DNA of 64,000 bases from Eledone cirrhosa. Its lineage: Eukaryota. Positions 63,553 to 64,000 of this stretch are shown one piece after another. Below the pieces are notes generated by a model. The model was given only the letters and a program-made list of their open reading frames with translations. It had not been told where the DNA came from and ran no database searches. The translations under genes were made by a program, and so were the position numbers. Within the stretch, counting starts at the first letter, position 1; each line of letters opens with the position of its first letter. The stretch lies in the NCBI GenBank assembly GCA_964016885.1, contig OZ024742.1, forward strand, positions 235,042,001 through 235,106,000, read 5' to 3'.

Positions 63553-64000
63553 TGCAGAGGTTATATTTAATTTGTTGGGATTCAACAAGCTTAAAAATGT
63601 TTATAACTGATATAAAGCACTCAACAAATTAGTGGAGTAAATACACAATATATTAATAAATGGAAACTATATTTATAAAACCATATTTATTTTATTATAC
63701 ATATTTCAAGGGCCACCAAGGCAAATTATGGTGCGCTTTCATCAGATAATATAGAGATTTGTTTTATAAATAAATATTGACATACCCGTAAAAAAAGATA
63801 ACCATAACGGTTGGAGCTTCCTGGATAGTGGAGATATTACATTTATTGAGGGTGATAGAAAATTATGATTGAGTATGCAAATGAGTGTCTGAAAGGTTGA
63901 AAAGATAACGGTTTATTTAAATTAAACTGTTGGAGGAAGGTGATATGTGAGGGAGAGAGAAAAAAAAGAAAAAAGAAAAAAAGAATAAAGAAATGAGAAA

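Overview
AT-rich, microsatellite-dense eukaryotic DNA. The repeat content suggests an octopus-like cephalopod, which is an inference. The only host gene I can support is the 3' part of a + strand SLC1 (EAAT/ASCT-family) transporter. It has six GT-AG exons (16130-43930) that splice in frame; its 5' exons were not found. The protein keeps the acidic-substrate residues (DRLRT) but lacks the canonical cation-coupling residues: NMDGT>NAGGS, LYE>VFI, and TM8 GD>SH. The rest of the window is mostly retroelements. These include many RTE-clade LINE copies with a PHD-like C4HC3 finger inside the RT region, a separate GC-richer RTE with a chimeric 5' junction, R4/Dong-like and CR1-like fragments, tRNA-derived SINEs and MITEs. 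There are also many Penelope-like remnants sitting in (TA)n tracts, with about a dozen minimal hammerhead-ribozyme motifs, often inside long fold-back palindromes. Repeat boundaries were read by eye and are approximate.
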